The notes under the pieces were generated by a model. That model saw only the letters and a program-made list of their open reading frames with translations. It made no database searches and was not told the origin of the DNA. 64,000 bases of DNA, taken from assembly GCA_963717465.1 (NCBI GenBank), contig OY970340.1:2989890-3053889 (forward strand), read 5' to 3'. The stretch's first letter is position 1; the number at the start of each line of letters is the position of its first letter. A program made the position numbers and the translations under genes. The stretch comes from Candidatus Bathyarchaeota archaeon. GTDB taxonomy: Archaea > Thermoproteota > Bathyarchaeia > Bathyarchaeales > Bathycorpusculaceae. This document shows, piece after piece, positions 22,279-33,638 of the stretch.

Positions 22279-22406
22279 GATAATTCATCTTACAAACGCC
22301 AAAAAGAAGTAAACTTTTTCCTATTCTTTAAAAGTCCGCATTGTCTTTTTTACTTTTTGGGCTTTTTTCATGCTAAAGAAAAATAATTGCCAACTAAAAA
22401 ATAATA

Positions 22407-22925
22407 TTAAGATTGATTCTTGGGAATTTCCCAATAATTAATTGTGTCGCCTTTTACCCATCTGCCGCCTAAACTTTTGACAACATCATTAATGTCTTCC
22501 CACTCAGCCTTCAAGAATTGGGTTGGCTTAACTATCAAGTATTCGCCGTCAACTGTGAAACGCAGCAGTTTGCGTTGTTCAGGAGTAAATTCGTCTTCAA
22601 GGTTACCCGTGTCTTGGGCTTGTTGCGGCTGAAGTGTGACTTTTTGTGGTACTTTAACTTCTGCGGTTTTTAGGTCAAGTTTAGCGTTTGTAGCTTGATT
22701 TTTTGGGTTTGCTGTTGTTGTTTGTTTGTATTCTGGAAATGGATAGTTTTCTTTGATATCTTCAAAACTATCGCTTCTTACGAGTGCTATGATTTCTTTT
22801 GTGAATAGATCAAGTTTTATGTCTAAAAGTTCCGTGTCACTTGGAAAGTTGACAGCCGTTGGCGTTTTTCCCTGCAATGCTCTTATGAGCGCTTCCGGGG
22901 TTAATTTTATGACTCTTATTCTCAT
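22407..22925 (-). CDS. Hypothetical protein
   Basis: 172-aa ORF: two globular segments joined by a T/Q/K-rich linker. Confidence 0.6.
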   Translation of the reverse strand: MRIRVIKLTPEALIRALQGKTPTAVNFPSDTELLDIKLDLFTKEIIALVRSDSFEDIKENYPFPEYKQTTTANPKNQATNAKLDLKTAEVKVPQKVTLQPQQAQDTGNLEDEFTPEQRKLLRFTVDGEYLIVKPTQFLKAEWEDINDVVKSLGGRWVKGDTINYWEIPKNQS

Positions 22926-23148
22926 TGTTGAATCACTTGAAATTGCTTGTTAGATGCTATTATCCTTAAAAGTATTGTTGATTTATTCTTGTCTAAGATA
23001 AAAAGAAATAACGGTTATAACCCCATGAAAATTATCGTTTAAACTCAGGCGAACCTATAATATTTTCATAAAATTTAAATTGTAATTTCTTATTATTATA
23101 ATTGTTTTTTGCGAACTTGAATTTGTTTTTTGTTTTTCGAACCTAGAG

Positions 23149-23538
23149 GTGATTTTCTTTTTCTTAGAATCGTCTAATTTTATTGCTTTTAGAAATTATT
23201 TGCCGACTATCAAAGTAGGCACTGTTTTGAAGATTAACTTAGTTTTCACTCTTCTAAATGTATGTGATGTGACGACATCGATGGTTGGTTTAGCTAGTGG
23301 AAAAGCAATTGAGTGTAACCCGCTTTTTCACGGCTCTTTTCTTTTTTTTGGCTTGTACAAGTTTGGATTGTGCGCGCTTATTTTTGTTTTATGCTGGGCT
23401 GGCTGGAAACGGCTTGAGATGGAAAAATATCGCAAAATGTCCTGGGTTATTATGTTTGCTCTGTTGGCTCTGACAATTTTTTACGTTGCTGTTGTTACAA
23501 ATAACATTATTGTCCTATTTCAGATATATAGCAATTAA
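23149..23538 (+). CDS. Small membrane protein (DUF5658-like)
   Basis: LN.CD..T...ECNP pattern with three TM helices; start uncertain. Confidence 0.6.
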   Translation: MIFFFLESSNFIAFRNYLPTIKVGTVLKINLVFTLLNVCDVTTSMVGLASGKAIECNPLFHGSFLFFGLYKFGLCALIFVLCWAGWKRLEMEKYRKMSWVIMFALLALTIFYVAVVTNNIIVLFQIYSN

Positions 23539-23914
23539 AAATGCCAAATTTTATTGAAAATCTTGTTTGCTATGCCCCAATAAATGAATAAATACGAGAG
23601 AATTATTACGAAATTCGGCAGTGTACCAGTTTAGATTTGTTAATATATTTCCGCTTTTTCTGTAACCCTTTTTCAATTGTGTATGGCAGAATAGACCATG
23701 AATTATTGAAAATCTACTACAACATGTAGTTTAAGTCGCGATTTCAGAAGCTCGAGAATTAAACAATCTAAATTAGGACAATGCCAAAGTTTTGATTAAA
23801 ATTATTTAATTAAAAATGTTGAGTGTAATTTTAAGACGAACAAAGGCTTATACCATGACTAAAATAATATTTTCCATAAAGTAGCTCAATTAAACTTCCA
23901 TTAGGGGCAGATAC

Positions 23915-24367
23915 ATGTTAAAGATTTCCAAGATACTAGTCATCGATGATGATGACACGATTTGTAAAACATTAGCAGTAACTCTTGAATCCGAAGGTTA
24001 CCAAGTTGACACTGCAAAAACTGGTGAAGAAGCAATTGCAAAATCTTATTCTCACTTTTACAATTTAGCTATTGTTGACTGGCGTTTGCCTGACATGCAT
24101 GGAACCGACCTATTGAGAAGCCTAAAAGAAACTACTCCGAAAATGATGAAAATCATGTTAACTGGATATCCATCCATGAACGTGGCTATCGACGCAGTTA
24201 ACAGGCATGCTGACGCTTTTCTTGTAAAACCTCCGAAGATGGATGAACTACTGGCTAAAGTCAAGGAACTGCTTAGTCTTCAAGATGAAGCGGATCAATA
24301 TAGTCAAATGAAGGTTGTCCAATTCATCGAAAGTAAAACCAAAGAAGCTATCGAATCCAAACGATAG
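23915..24367 (+). CDS. Response regulator receiver protein
   Basis: ILVIDDD, phospho-Asp in IVDWRLPD, LTG, KP. Confidence 0.93.
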   Translation: MLKISKILVIDDDDTICKTLAVTLESEGYQVDTAKTGEEAIAKSYSHFYNLAIVDWRLPDMHGTDLLRSLKETTPKMMKIMLTGYPSMNVAIDAVNRHADAFLVKPPKMDELLAKVKELLSLQDEADQYSQMKVVQFIESKTKEAIESKR

Positions 24368-24395
24368 ACCGAAACATTTATTGAAGGATGGTTTT

Positions 24396-24803
24396 GTGAA
24401 AAAAAATTACGAGGAGATTGAGTTTAATAAGATACTTCTCAGCTCCATCGATGAAGCTCTAACCTTACTTGGCAAAGATGCAAAAAACGCCATTTATTTT
24501 TATCTTGAAGTGCACAACCTCACTAAAGAAGAAATCCCAAACAAAATAAATGAGTTTTCAAGCACTCTAGACAAGCTTGTCGGCGTGGGAGCAAAATTAA
24601 TTGAACTAGCAATCATGAAGAACCTTCACGCTAAAATTGAGGTTGAATGGTCATGGAAACCACAAAATCCCTGGGCACTACCTGACTTAACCTTCAAAGA
24701 ATACGTAGATAAAGCAAAGGAACAATTTATCAATGCCATAAAGTTCGCTCCAGAAACTGGAATTTTACTTACTGAAAAAGAGGCAATGGAAAAATACAAG
24801 TAA
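24396..24803 (+). CDS. Hypothetical helical protein of a type associated with archaeal two-component loci
   Basis: IDEALTLLG...IYFYLE...LVGVGAKLIE pattern; follows the receiver gene; GTG start chosen. Confidence 0.65.
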   Translation: MKKNYEEIEFNKILLSSIDEALTLLGKDAKNAIYFYLEVHNLTKEEIPNKINEFSSTLDKLVGVGAKLIELAIMKNLHAKIEVEWSWKPQNPWALPDLTFKEYVDKAKEQFINAIKFAPETGILLTEKEAMEKYK

Positions 24804-24864
24804 AAATCCTTTTTTGGGAATCATTGCCGCGACAAAAGTTGATATTGGACTTTATTGATGCCTA

Positions 24865-25128
24865 GTGATAATGGTTAAACATTCTGATTCAGCTATTAAG
24901 AAGAGAGAGAAAATTCAAATCCATTTTTGGAATCAAGTTGGCATCGTTGAACACATTTCAATTCATATGCTAGAAGACGCGATTAAAAAGGAGTTTAACT
25001 GCACTGACGACAGGTTCATCCAAGCACAAATCAAGCTGATGCAGACAGAAGCAAGGATAAGAGTACAAAGCAAAGTTAAAGTGTGGATCAAACAGCCAAC
25101 CGCTAACCTTTCAAATACGCCGGAATAA
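24865..25128 (+). CDS. Hypothetical protein
   Basis: 87-aa ORF co-oriented with its neighbours. Confidence 0.55.
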   Translation: MIMVKHSDSAIKKREKIQIHFWNQVGIVEHISIHMLEDAIKKEFNCTDDRFIQAQIKLMQTEARIRVQSKVKVWIKQPTANLSNTPE

Positions 25129-25290
25129 ACCTTTTTTTGTTGAAAGCGCTATGAAATTCAGTCAGATGCTTAACAGAAACGTTGAATTTGAAGAGCAACT
25201 TGTATATTGTTAAACAACCTTCTTTTTAAATGATGAATGATTTTGATCATCAGCTAAAACTAAGATAATTATAGATTCATTAGAAAAATC

Positions 25291-27293
25291 GTGAAAAAGC
25301 TACCGCCTAATAAAAGAACCCTTTCAAATAGGGAGACAGAATTAATGCAGCATTTGAAACTTGCGGCTTTTCCGATAATAGTTTTAGTAGGTTTAGTTTT
25401 GGCTTTAAACATTCTGAATGTTAATTTGCCCGTTTTTAACGCACCTTATTTGAAGCTCGGTCTCAATTTAGTTTTTTTAACTGCAATAAGTATTTACGTT
25501 GCCATTATTTCGGCCAAGAGTTACTTGAACTTTGGAGCGCTTAACCTTCTGGTAATTAGCAACGTTTTTCTATATCGTTGGAATCATTTTTTCCATTTCT
25601 AGCTTAATATCATTTATTTCTTTAGATTACGCTGCAGCAATACAAGATATTGGCTTATTAATTGCCTCAGGATTTCAAGTCTTGAGTGCCATAATCACTA
25701 TTTCAACTACCAGTTCAAGTGAACCGCTTAATCGAAGAATTGCTTTGGGAGCCTCCTATTTCATAGTAATTTGTTGCATCGGATTCTTCACCGCAGAAGT
25801 GCTTGCAGGTATTGCACCACTTTTCATAACAAGTGTGCGATCAACGCTGATTGGTCAATCAGTTTTAGCATTAACTTTATTCTTTTTTGCATCAGCTGGC
25901 TTCTTGTTTTTATGGCAATATATTAAGTCTAAGGAAGAGGCTTTGTATTGGTATTCTTTAGCACTTTTCTTGTTTGCATTATATCCGTTGGAATTTGTTC
26001 TTCAAACCCAATTTGGAAATGACCTATACACATGGATAGCAATGATTGCGCTGTATATTGGAAGTCTTTATTTTTTGATGGCTCTTTTACGATTGCGCAG
26101 GGGATTGGAACCTACCAGAGATATTTCTGAGAAATGGGCGGAATCTCTTATTCTTGATCGTAAACAGATATCTGCTTTGTTTGCTAACATGCTTAACGGT
26201 TTTACGTATAATAAAATTGTTTTAGATAAAAATGGGAAGCCCGTTGACGTAATTTTGCTCGAAGCAAACAATGCTTTTGAGAATATTTTTGGAATGTCCA
26301 GGTTTGAGCTCTTAGGTAAAAGAGCGAGCACGGTATTTCCCATGCCTGCTATAGGTGATAAGTCTTATGAGGCAAGTATGGCACTTGTTAATTTATTCGG
26401 GCAGGTAGCGGTTACCGGCAAATCGGTTGTTGATGAATTGTATTTTGCTGACATTAAGAAATGGCTGCATATTTTGGTTTATAGTCCTAAGAAATACTAT
26501 TTTGTTGCATTGTTTGAAGATGTTACTAAGCGTAAGGAATTGGAGGAGAAAATTTCTGATTACACTAAGAATCTTGAAGAAATTGTTGAGGATAGGACAA
26601 GGCAGTTACAAGAGTCGGAACATTTAGCTGCTATTGGCCAAACTGCGGGCATGATTGGACATGACATCCGCAATCCGCTGCAGGCTATTACTAACGAATT
26701 GTATATTGCTAAACAAACGGTTGATAAGGAAGCAGAATGCAAAGAAAAAAAGGAAACTCTAGACAGCTTAAGCTTAATTCAGGAACAAACAGATTACATA
26801 AGCAAAATAGTTTCTGATTTGCAGGATTATTCAAGACCATTAAAGCCGGAATGGTCAGATGCCAATATTTATGAGATAATTTCAGGTGTACTCCAGACTT
26901 CCAGATTTAAGGGCGAAGTTGACGTTTCATTAAATGCTGACAAAGACTTTAAGTTCAGAACAGATCCAGTTTTTGTTAAACGCATTTTAACGAATTTAGT
27001 AAGTAACTCCATTCAGGCTATGCCTGAAGGCGGCAAATTAGATGTTTCAGCGGGCAAAAAAGAAAACCAAATCACAATAACTGTATCTGATACGGGTAAG
27101 GGTATACCTGAAGCGGTTAAGCCTAAAATTTTCAAGCCCCTATTCACTACAAAAGCGAAGGGTCAAGGATTAGGACTAGGCAGTAGTAAAACGTCTGGTC
27201 GAAGCGTTAAACGGAACGATAACTTTTGAGAGCCAAGAGGGCAAAGGAACAACATTCACAGTAACTCTTCCAATTCAGGGAAGCAGTAGGTAG
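25291..27293 (+). CDS. Membrane-bound PAS sensor histidine kinase; two apparent +1 frameshifts (about 25570 and 27180)
   Basis: Multi-TM N-terminus, PAS, HDIRNPL H-box, N/G1/F boxes; the tail AVVKRLVEALNGTITFESQEGKGTTF lies in another frame. Confidence 0.85.
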
Positions 27294-27338
27294 TAACCAT
27301 GGATTCCAACTTGCGTTTTTCACATGTTGAACGTAGAA

Positions 27339-27978
27339 TTACCGCAAGGAGACTTTTTCTCCAGTTACTATGTAAACAATTGACTGCGCAACATAAATGG
27401 TGTGGTCAGCTATGCGTTCAAGAAACTTTGCGATTAATAAATCCGCCATTGCATATTTGATGTGTTTTGAATTTGAAGCTAATTGATCCATAAGTTTGAA
27501 GTATAAAGTATCAACTTGCCGTTCTATAGTTATCAAAGTTTTTGCTGTTTCGGCATTGTTGTCTTTGAGAGCCTTCACGCTTATTGAAACCATTTCTGAA
27601 ACTTTACCGATGAGTGACTGCATCAAGTTTAGGGAATTCCGAGTGTTCAAGGTTCGTGCTTAATCGTTTACATGTAGAACAGATATCCCAAGCATATCTG
27701 CCATAACGTTCAAAATCATAAGCTATCTTAATGTAGGAGTTTACGATGCGCAAATCTGAGGCTACTGGCTGGTACTTAGCGATTAATTCGAAAGCTTTCT
27801 CTTCCACTTCTACACTCATAGCAATAAGCGTATTGGACAATTCAAGTACTTGGCCAGTGACATCTTGCTTTTCCAAATACCCATCCATCGATAATGCGGC
27901 TGCTTTTTGGGCGATAATGCCCATCCTATAGGTTTTTGCAGTTAGCTGTTCTAAAGCAACATCCAAGAGTCTACTCAA
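27339..27978 (-). CDS. phoU: Phosphate signalling protein PhoU; one frameshift near 27640
   Basis: YQPVASDLR, DFERYG and LERIADH lie in two overlapping ORFs. Confidence 0.85.
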
Positions 27979-28232
27979 TTCTTTTCACCTCAACAAATTT
28001 TCCCGTTAAACGTTTTTCCGATAACTTGCCTTTCATCCAACAAATTAGGTTGAATAGACTGCAGCTAAAGACTTTGCCAAGGTTATCTTTTTTTAGTTCA
28101 ATCAAACTACTCAGCAGCAACACTATCATAAATTGATGTTGTTGAAAAATGTTATGCTTTTTAAGAAAATACGAAATGAAAATCAGTAACCTCGCTTCGA
28201 CAAAAGAATTGCTTCATCACTTAAAAATGCCA

Positions 28233-28310
28233 ATATTATATAGAAGAGCGCTATAGAATATATAATATATATACTAATAGTTTGTATATTTCCAAATATT
28301 TAGAACTATA
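28233..28310. promoter_or_regulatory. Putative operator elements upstream of the AbrB-PhoU regulator
   Basis: ATATTATATAG-N7-CTATAGAATAT imperfect inverted repeat, plus TAGAACTATA shared with the pstS upstream region. Confidence 0.4.
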
Positions 28311-28321
28311 AATAACAGTAG

Positions 28322-29386
28322 TTGTTTGACTTGTCCAAAGAAACAAAAAGAAACCCATCTGAAGACCAAAGAAAACTCCAGGTTACAGGAGGATCAACAT
28401 TCATTTTATCCCTACCAAAAGAGTGGGCGATGCGCAACCAGCTTAAAAAAGGCAGCCTAATCTCGCTCCGCGAGGAAGACGATGGCTCTCTTGAGGTTTC
28501 GCCGACAAAATTTGAAAAAAAAGAGCAAAAAGATGAAGTGTTTATCAGGGTTCAACCATCAGACAATCCAGACGCAATTATTAGAACAGCAATCTCCGCT
28601 TACCTGAATGGATACAATGTTATAAGGTTAAGACCGCAAGGCCAGCAGTCAACATTGTCAATAAAACTCCGAAACCAACTGAAGAATTTTGCGAGACATT
28701 ATCTTGTCGGAACTGAAATTGTAACAGACACACCCCTTGATTTGACTTTGCAGGTGCTTCTTAATTATCCAGAATTGTCTGTTCAAAATGCACTTAGCCG
28801 AATGAGCATTATCGCATCTTCGATGCATAAGGAGGCTATAATTGCTCTACAAAAACTTGATTATTCTTCTGCTAAATCGATTATCGAAACTGACAAAGAA
28901 GTTAATCGTTTTAGTCTTTACATTGTTCGTTTGCTCAAGCTGGCGGTTACTAACCCAAGACTTGTGAAAGAAATTGGTTTAAGCAACCAAAGAGATTGCT
29001 TAGGCTACAGGCTTATTGCGAAATCCGTGGAAAGGACGGCTGACCATGCAACAAAAATTGCTGAAAACGTTTTACTACTCAAAGATCCTGTAAACGAGAA
29101 ACTCTTAGAAAAAGTAGTCCAGCTGAGCAGTTTGGCAATTGGAATGTTTGAAAAGTCGGTGGAAGCATTGTTTAAGCATGATTTCAACTTAGCTGAATCT
29201 GTTATCGAAAAGCTCGTGATCATTCATAAACTGGAAAGGGAAGCGGTGATTTTTTCGCACGAGACTAAAGTTGAGGAAGTTGCTAATCTACGCTTGCTTA
29301 TTGAAAGTGTAAGAAGAACAGCTGAATACGCAAGTGATATTTCTGAAGTGGTCTTGAACATGAATGTTGAATCTGTACTTGGATAA
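28322..29386 (+). CDS. Archaeal phosphate uptake regulator (AbrB DNA-binding domain plus PhoU repeats)
   Basis: RKLQVTGGSTFILSLPKEW N-terminus; ERTADH and RRTAEY PhoU repeats. Confidence 0.92.
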   Translation: MFDLSKETKRNPSEDQRKLQVTGGSTFILSLPKEWAMRNQLKKGSLISLREEDDGSLEVSPTKFEKKEQKDEVFIRVQPSDNPDAIIRTAISAYLNGYNVIRLRPQGQQSTLSIKLRNQLKNFARHYLVGTEIVTDTPLDLTLQVLLNYPELSVQNALSRMSIIASSMHKEAIIALQKLDYSSAKSIIETDKEVNRFSLYIVRLLKLAVTNPRLVKEIGLSNQRDCLGYRLIAKSVERTADHATKIAENVLLLKDPVNEKLLEKVVQLSSLAIGMFEKSVEALFKHDFNLAESVIEKLVIIHKLEREAVIFSHETKVEEVANLRLLIESVRRTAEYASDISEVVLNMNVESVLG

Positions 29387-29427
29387 AAAAACTCATTTCT
29401 ATTAAAAATTCTTACATGCTAATCGTT

Positions 29428-30216
29428 TTAGCCGAACTTGCCAGTTATGTATTTTTCAGTTAACTCGCTTTCAGGATTCTCAAATACCTTTTTTGTTTCC
29501 CCAAATTCGATTAATTTTCCAAGATACAAAAATGCTGTATAATCTGAGATGCGTGCCGCTTGCTGCAAATTATGTGTTACTATAATAATTGTAAAATCAC
29601 TCTTAAGAGCGATAATGGATTCCTCAACCTTTGCCGTGGCGATTGGGTCAAGAGCTGAACATGGCTCATCCATAAGAATAACCTCAGGCTCAACAGCAAG
29701 AGCCCTAGCAATACACAGACGCTGTTGCTGTCCACCTGACAGATTCGTGCCTGACTTTTTCAAATCATTCTTAACCTCATCCCACAAGAATGCCATTCGG
29801 AGACTCTTTTCAGCTAGCGCATCGAGCTTTTTCTTATCTGTTACACCGTTAAGTTTCAAGCCTGCAACAGCATTATCATAAATAGACATTGTGGGAAATG
29901 GATTAGGCTTCTGAAAAACCATCCCAATTCGCCTACGAATAGCAACTGGGTCAACCTTTGGAGAATAAATGTTCACCCCATCCAAGATTACTTCACCTTC
30001 AACTTTCGTATTAGGGGTCAGTTCATGAATCCTATTCAAACACCTAATCAGCGTGCTTTTTCCACACCCAGATGGACCCATAACAGCAGTAACACGCTTT
30101 TCCGGAAATTTCATAGTGATTCCCGTGAGCGCCTGCACTTTGCCATACTTAGCCTTCAAGTCTTTCGTTTCAATTTTAGATGTCAACAAGTCTTTGTTAT
30201 CAGGGGTTATTGTCAA
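29428..30216 (-). CDS. pstB: Phosphate ABC transporter ATPase
   Basis: [37 protein letters not shown]. Confidence 0.97.
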   Translation of the reverse strand: MTITPDNKDLLTSKIETKDLKAKYGKVQALTGITMKFPEKRVTAVMGPSGCGKSTLIRCLNRIHELTPNTKVEGEVILDGVNIYSPKVDPVAIRRRIGMVFQKPNPFPTMSIYDNAVAGLKLNGVTDKKKLDALAEKSLRMAFLWDEVKNDLKKSGTNLSGGQQQRLCIARALAVEPEVILMDEPCSALDPIATAKVEESIIALKSDFTIIIVTHNLQQAARISDYTAFLYLGKLIEFGETKKVFENPESELTEKYITGKFG

Positions 30217-30257
30217 TTCCTCCAGTTTATCGTTTCTTGCTCCGTTTCTTTGTCATT

Positions 30258-31130
30258 TTATTCCATCCTCGCTTCAGTTAAATTCCTTCCTATTACAAGC
30301 TTAACAAAAAGATTTAACGCTAGCATTATTAATATTAGAATTAATGCTGCTCCCCACGCTTGAGCCTGCCAGGCGGTCCCACTGGTTGCGTAATTATAAA
30401 TGAGATAAGTCATGGAGCCAGTCTGCTGATTAAATATATTTGTTGTAATGAAGGTACTGTAGCCCGCGGTTAATAATAATGGAGCTGTCTCCCCTGCCGC
30501 GCGAGCAACAGCCAAAACTATACCTGTCAAAAGCCCATTTTTCCCTGTACTTATAACGACTCTGAAAATGGTTTTCCATCTTGGAACCCCTAGAGCCATT
30601 GAGGCTTCTCTTAATGTGATTGGAACTAGCTTAAGAGATTCATCCGTCGCTCTTGTGATGATAGGAATCATAATAAAACTTAAAGCAACAGCGCCTGCAA
30701 TAGCAGAAAACTCTTTGGTAGCAACTACGATAATTATGAAAACGAATAAGCCTAGCACCATTGATGGGAAACCTGTAAGCACATCATTCATGAAGCCGGA
30801 AATTTTCGAGATATTAGATGAAGACCACTCGGAAAAAAATATGCCTGCTCCAACGCCTATTGGTACAGAAAAAAGCGCGGCTAAACCAACCATTATGAAG
30901 GAGCCAACTAGCGCATTAGCTATTCCTCCGCTTGAAGGGTATAGAGCATTTGGTAACTTTGTTAAGAAAGTTAGATTTACGGCAGAGGCGCCTTGCATGA
31001 AAACGTCCACGAGAATGAATACCAAGGGTATTACCGCTAGAGCTACTGCTACAATAATTAGAATAGTCATCAATTTGTTGACGATTTTTCGCCAAATAGA
31101 TATGCTTGTAGACAGATTAGAGTTTGTCAT
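30258..31130 (-). CDS. pstA: Phosphate ABC transporter permease
   Basis: REASMALG, ARAAGETAPL. Confidence 0.95.
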   Translation of the reverse strand: MTNSNLSTSISIWRKIVNKLMTILIIVAVALAVIPLVFILVDVFMQGASAVNLTFLTKLPNALYPSSGGIANALVGSFIMVGLAALFSVPIGVGAGIFFSEWSSSNISKISGFMNDVLTGFPSMVLGLFVFIIIVVATKEFSAIAGAVALSFIMIPIITRATDESLKLVPITLREASMALGVPRWKTIFRVVISTGKNGLLTGIVLAVARAAGETAPLLLTAGYSTFITTNIFNQQTGSMTYLIYNYATSGTAWQAQAWGAALILILIMLALNLFVKLVIGRNLTEARME

Positions 31131-31142
31131 TATCTCAATCTC

Positions 31143-32078
31143 TCAAACGTTAATCCGTCTACCACCAGACATCCTTCTAAGCAGAAGCCTAGCAAACATG
31201 TTAATTAAAAGTGCAATAAAAAATAATATTAAAGCTATTTCAATTATTGCTGATTGATAAAGTGTTCCCTGTGAAGTGCCTCCGAATTCGTTCGCTATTA
31301 ACGAAGAGAGGGTGTAGCCAGCTGAAAACAAATTTGCTGTTATGGTTGGACTGTTACCAATCACCATAGTTACCGCCATAGTTTCGCCCACAGCGCGTCC
31401 CAGTCCAAGAACGAACGCTCCAAAGATACCTGTTCTAGCATAGGGCAAAACGCTTTTCTGTGTAACTTCCCAGTCAGTAGCGCCAAGCGAGTACATTGCT
31501 TCGCGCTGGCTATTTGGAACAGCACTCAAAACATCTCTAGATACTGCAGACATTGTTGGGATCACCATTATCGCCAAAATGATTCCAGCTATAAAAAAAT
31601 TATAGCCGTGGGACGTCCCTGAAAATAGAGGTATGAAACCAAGATATTCATGCAAAGGATTTTCGACATAATCACGCAATAACGGTGCCAAAATTATCAG
31701 TCCCCATAAGCCGTAAATAACACTGGGCACAGCTGCTAAGAGGTCAACTAATGTTCCTAGTAAATAACCGAAGGTTCTGTGAGCTTTCAACTTCTCTGAG
31801 ATAAAAATTGCGATGCCCAAGCTGATTGGGAAGCCTATGAGGAGAGCAATACCTGATGTTAATAAAGTTCCGTAGATAAATGGTAAAGCGCCAAATATTT
31901 CATGGACAGGGTCCCATTTGGTTCCAATCAAGAAGCCTGGTCCAAATGTGCATATTGAAGCGGCTGACCCCATAAAAAGTTCAATTGCAAGTGCAACAAG
32001 AAGACCTACCACAAATAGAGCTGCAGCAGCAAGAAGAATTTTTACGATTGTATCTCCCCGCACCAGTTTGGAATGCAC
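31143..32078 (-). CDS. pstC: Phosphate ABC transporter permease
   Basis: PSVIYGLWG, GRAVGETMAV. Confidence 0.95.
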   Translation of the reverse strand: MHSKLVRGDTIVKILLAAAALFVVGLLVALAIELFMGSAASICTFGPGFLIGTKWDPVHEIFGALPFIYGTLLTSGIALLIGFPISLGIAIFISEKLKAHRTFGYLLGTLVDLLAAVPSVIYGLWGLIILAPLLRDYVENPLHEYLGFIPLFSGTSHGYNFFIAGIILAIMVIPTMSAVSRDVLSAVPNSQREAMYSLGATDWEVTQKSVLPYARTGIFGAFVLGLGRAVGETMAVTMVIGNSPTITANLFSAGYTLSSLIANEFGGTSQGTLYQSAIIEIALILFFIALLINMFARLLLRRMSGGRRINV

Positions 32079-32150
32079 CCGCCTTTAGCTGCCTCATTAT
32101 CGTTATTTTGTTAGTTAATATTAAAAAAAGGGATAAATAATCTATTAAAG

Positions 32151-33308
32151 CTAGCCTTCTATTGACGTTCCGTTGTATGTTATCAATTTGAGTGTTGTAT
32201 TGTCAACGGCAACTATGTTCGCAGGTAATGCAGCATAGCCTAACCCTTTTCCTAAAGACTGACCTGAGTTCACGATCCACGAAAGGAAGTTGACGAGAGC
32301 AGCACCTTGAGCTTGATTAGTCTGCGCCTGGTAAACAAGAGCGTAAGTCAATGTTGTAATCGGGTACGAGGTTGAAGCTGTTGTATTGGTGAATATGTTA
32401 TCGACGATAGAGACATTTGTCCAAGCAGCATTTCCCACTGGAAGACCAGATGAGGCACCTGCTTCGAGCGCTGCAGTTATGTTTGTGACGTTAGCTAGGA
32501 TGAAATTTCCGGCAGCATTTTGAACAGCTCCATAGTATAGTGAAGCTTGACCTGTGTTTTCAAGTATGTAGGCTATTTCGAGCGGACCGATAGAGTAGGG
32601 TGTTGCACCAATTTCGTCTGCTACCCCTGCGTTTTTAGGAGCCCCTATTGCATTTCCATTATCAGTTGGCCAACTTACCGAAGTTCCTTTCCCAACAGTT
32701 GTATTCCAAGTACTGCTTGAGTCAGATAAGAAATCGGTGAAGGCAAACATGGTTCCACTGCTATCAGATCGGTGAACAGTAATGATTGTTTGATCAGGCA
32801 ATAGAGCGGCTATAGAAGGGCTTTGGAGCGCTTGGATAGCGGAATCATTCCACGTAGTTATTGTTCCCAAGAAAATAGCTGCAAGAACTGAACCCGTGAA
32901 ATTAAGGCCATTTTGACATAATGAGCCGTTGGTAAGTTTTACGTCGTATGCTGGTACTACTGCGCTGGCTGATATGGGTATAGTTAAAGCTGTTGAGGGT
33001 AGCTTCGCGTATTGTGCTGCAGTCATTGGTGCATCGGATTCGCCGAAATTCACGGTTTGGTCTGTAAAGTCGGTAATTCCAGTGCCACTTCCTACAGCGC
33101 TATAACTAACTTGTATATTTGGCTGTACTGAAGAATACTCTGATTGCCAAACGGACATTATCGGATAGACAAGTGTTCCTCCTGCACCGCTAACAGTTGC
33201 GGCTGCTAATCCTGTTGCTGGTTTTGACAGTTCTACGTAGGCGAATACGCTTCCGACTATTATGATAATTACTGCTACAACAATTGCAATTATATAGGTT
33301 GTTTTCAT
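32151..33308 (-). CDS. pstS: Phosphate ABC transporter substrate-binding protein
   Basis: N-terminal TM anchor, GSGTG, FGESD, HRSDSSGT, YPI. Confidence 0.93.
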   Translation of the reverse strand: MKTTYIIAIVVAVIIIIVGSVFAYVELSKPATGLAAATVSGAGGTLVYPIMSVWQSEYSSVQPNIQVSYSAVGSGTGITDFTDQTVNFGESDAPMTAAQYAKLPSTALTIPISASAVVPAYDVKLTNGSLCQNGLNFTGSVLAAIFLGTITTWNDSAIQALQSPSIAALLPDQTIITVHRSDSSGTMFAFTDFLSDSSSTWNTTVGKGTSVSWPTDNGNAIGAPKNAGVADEIGATPYSIGPLEIAYILENTGQASLYYGAVQNAAGNFILANVTNITAALEAGASSGLPVGNAAWTNVSIVDNIFTNTTASTSYPITTLTYALVYQAQTNQAQGAALVNFLSWIVNSGQSLGKGLGYAALPANIVAVDNTTLKLITYNGTSIEG

Positions 33309-33342
33309 TTTTGTTTTCTCCTTAGTTGCTTACACTCTAATA

Positions 33343-33399
33343 ATAGTTATATAGTAATCTAATATAGACTATAGATTGACTTATAGAACTATATAAGTC
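33343..33399. promoter_or_regulatory. TATAG-repeat region with palindrome GACTTATA-N6-TATAAGTC upstream of pstS
   Basis: Five (T)ATAG units; perfect 8-bp inverted repeat at 33378-33399. Confidence 0.5.
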
Positions 33400-33467
33400 A
33401 CATATTTTTCATTAGAAAATCTGATAACGAAAATGTAGGAAACAGGAAAAAAGAAAAAAGTTTACGA

Positions 33468-33638
33468 CTAACATAAAACATCGGTATTTACAAGCTCAAT
33501 GTTTAACTCCACACTTCCGCAATCAATTAGATGCGCAGTGCCATCCGGGCAGTAAACTTTATCACCTTTCCGGGTTTTATGATAGCGTTTACCGCATTCT
33601 TTAAACAAGGAGCAACCGTCACAATCTCGTGACAACAT
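33468..33638 (-). CDS. Small Cys-rich protein (56 aa, not in ORF track)
   Basis: MLSRDCDGCSLFKECGKRYHKTRKGDKVYCPDGTAHLIDC...; SD-like AAGGTGG upstream. Confidence 0.6.
   Translation of the reverse strand: MLSRDCDGCSLFKECGKRYHKTRKGDKVYCPDGTAHLIDCGSVELNIELVNTDVLC

Noticed and set aside
30568..31257. Long antisense ORFs (also 1180-1671 and 43741-44190)
   Set aside because: Shadows of membrane-protein genes on the opposite strand.
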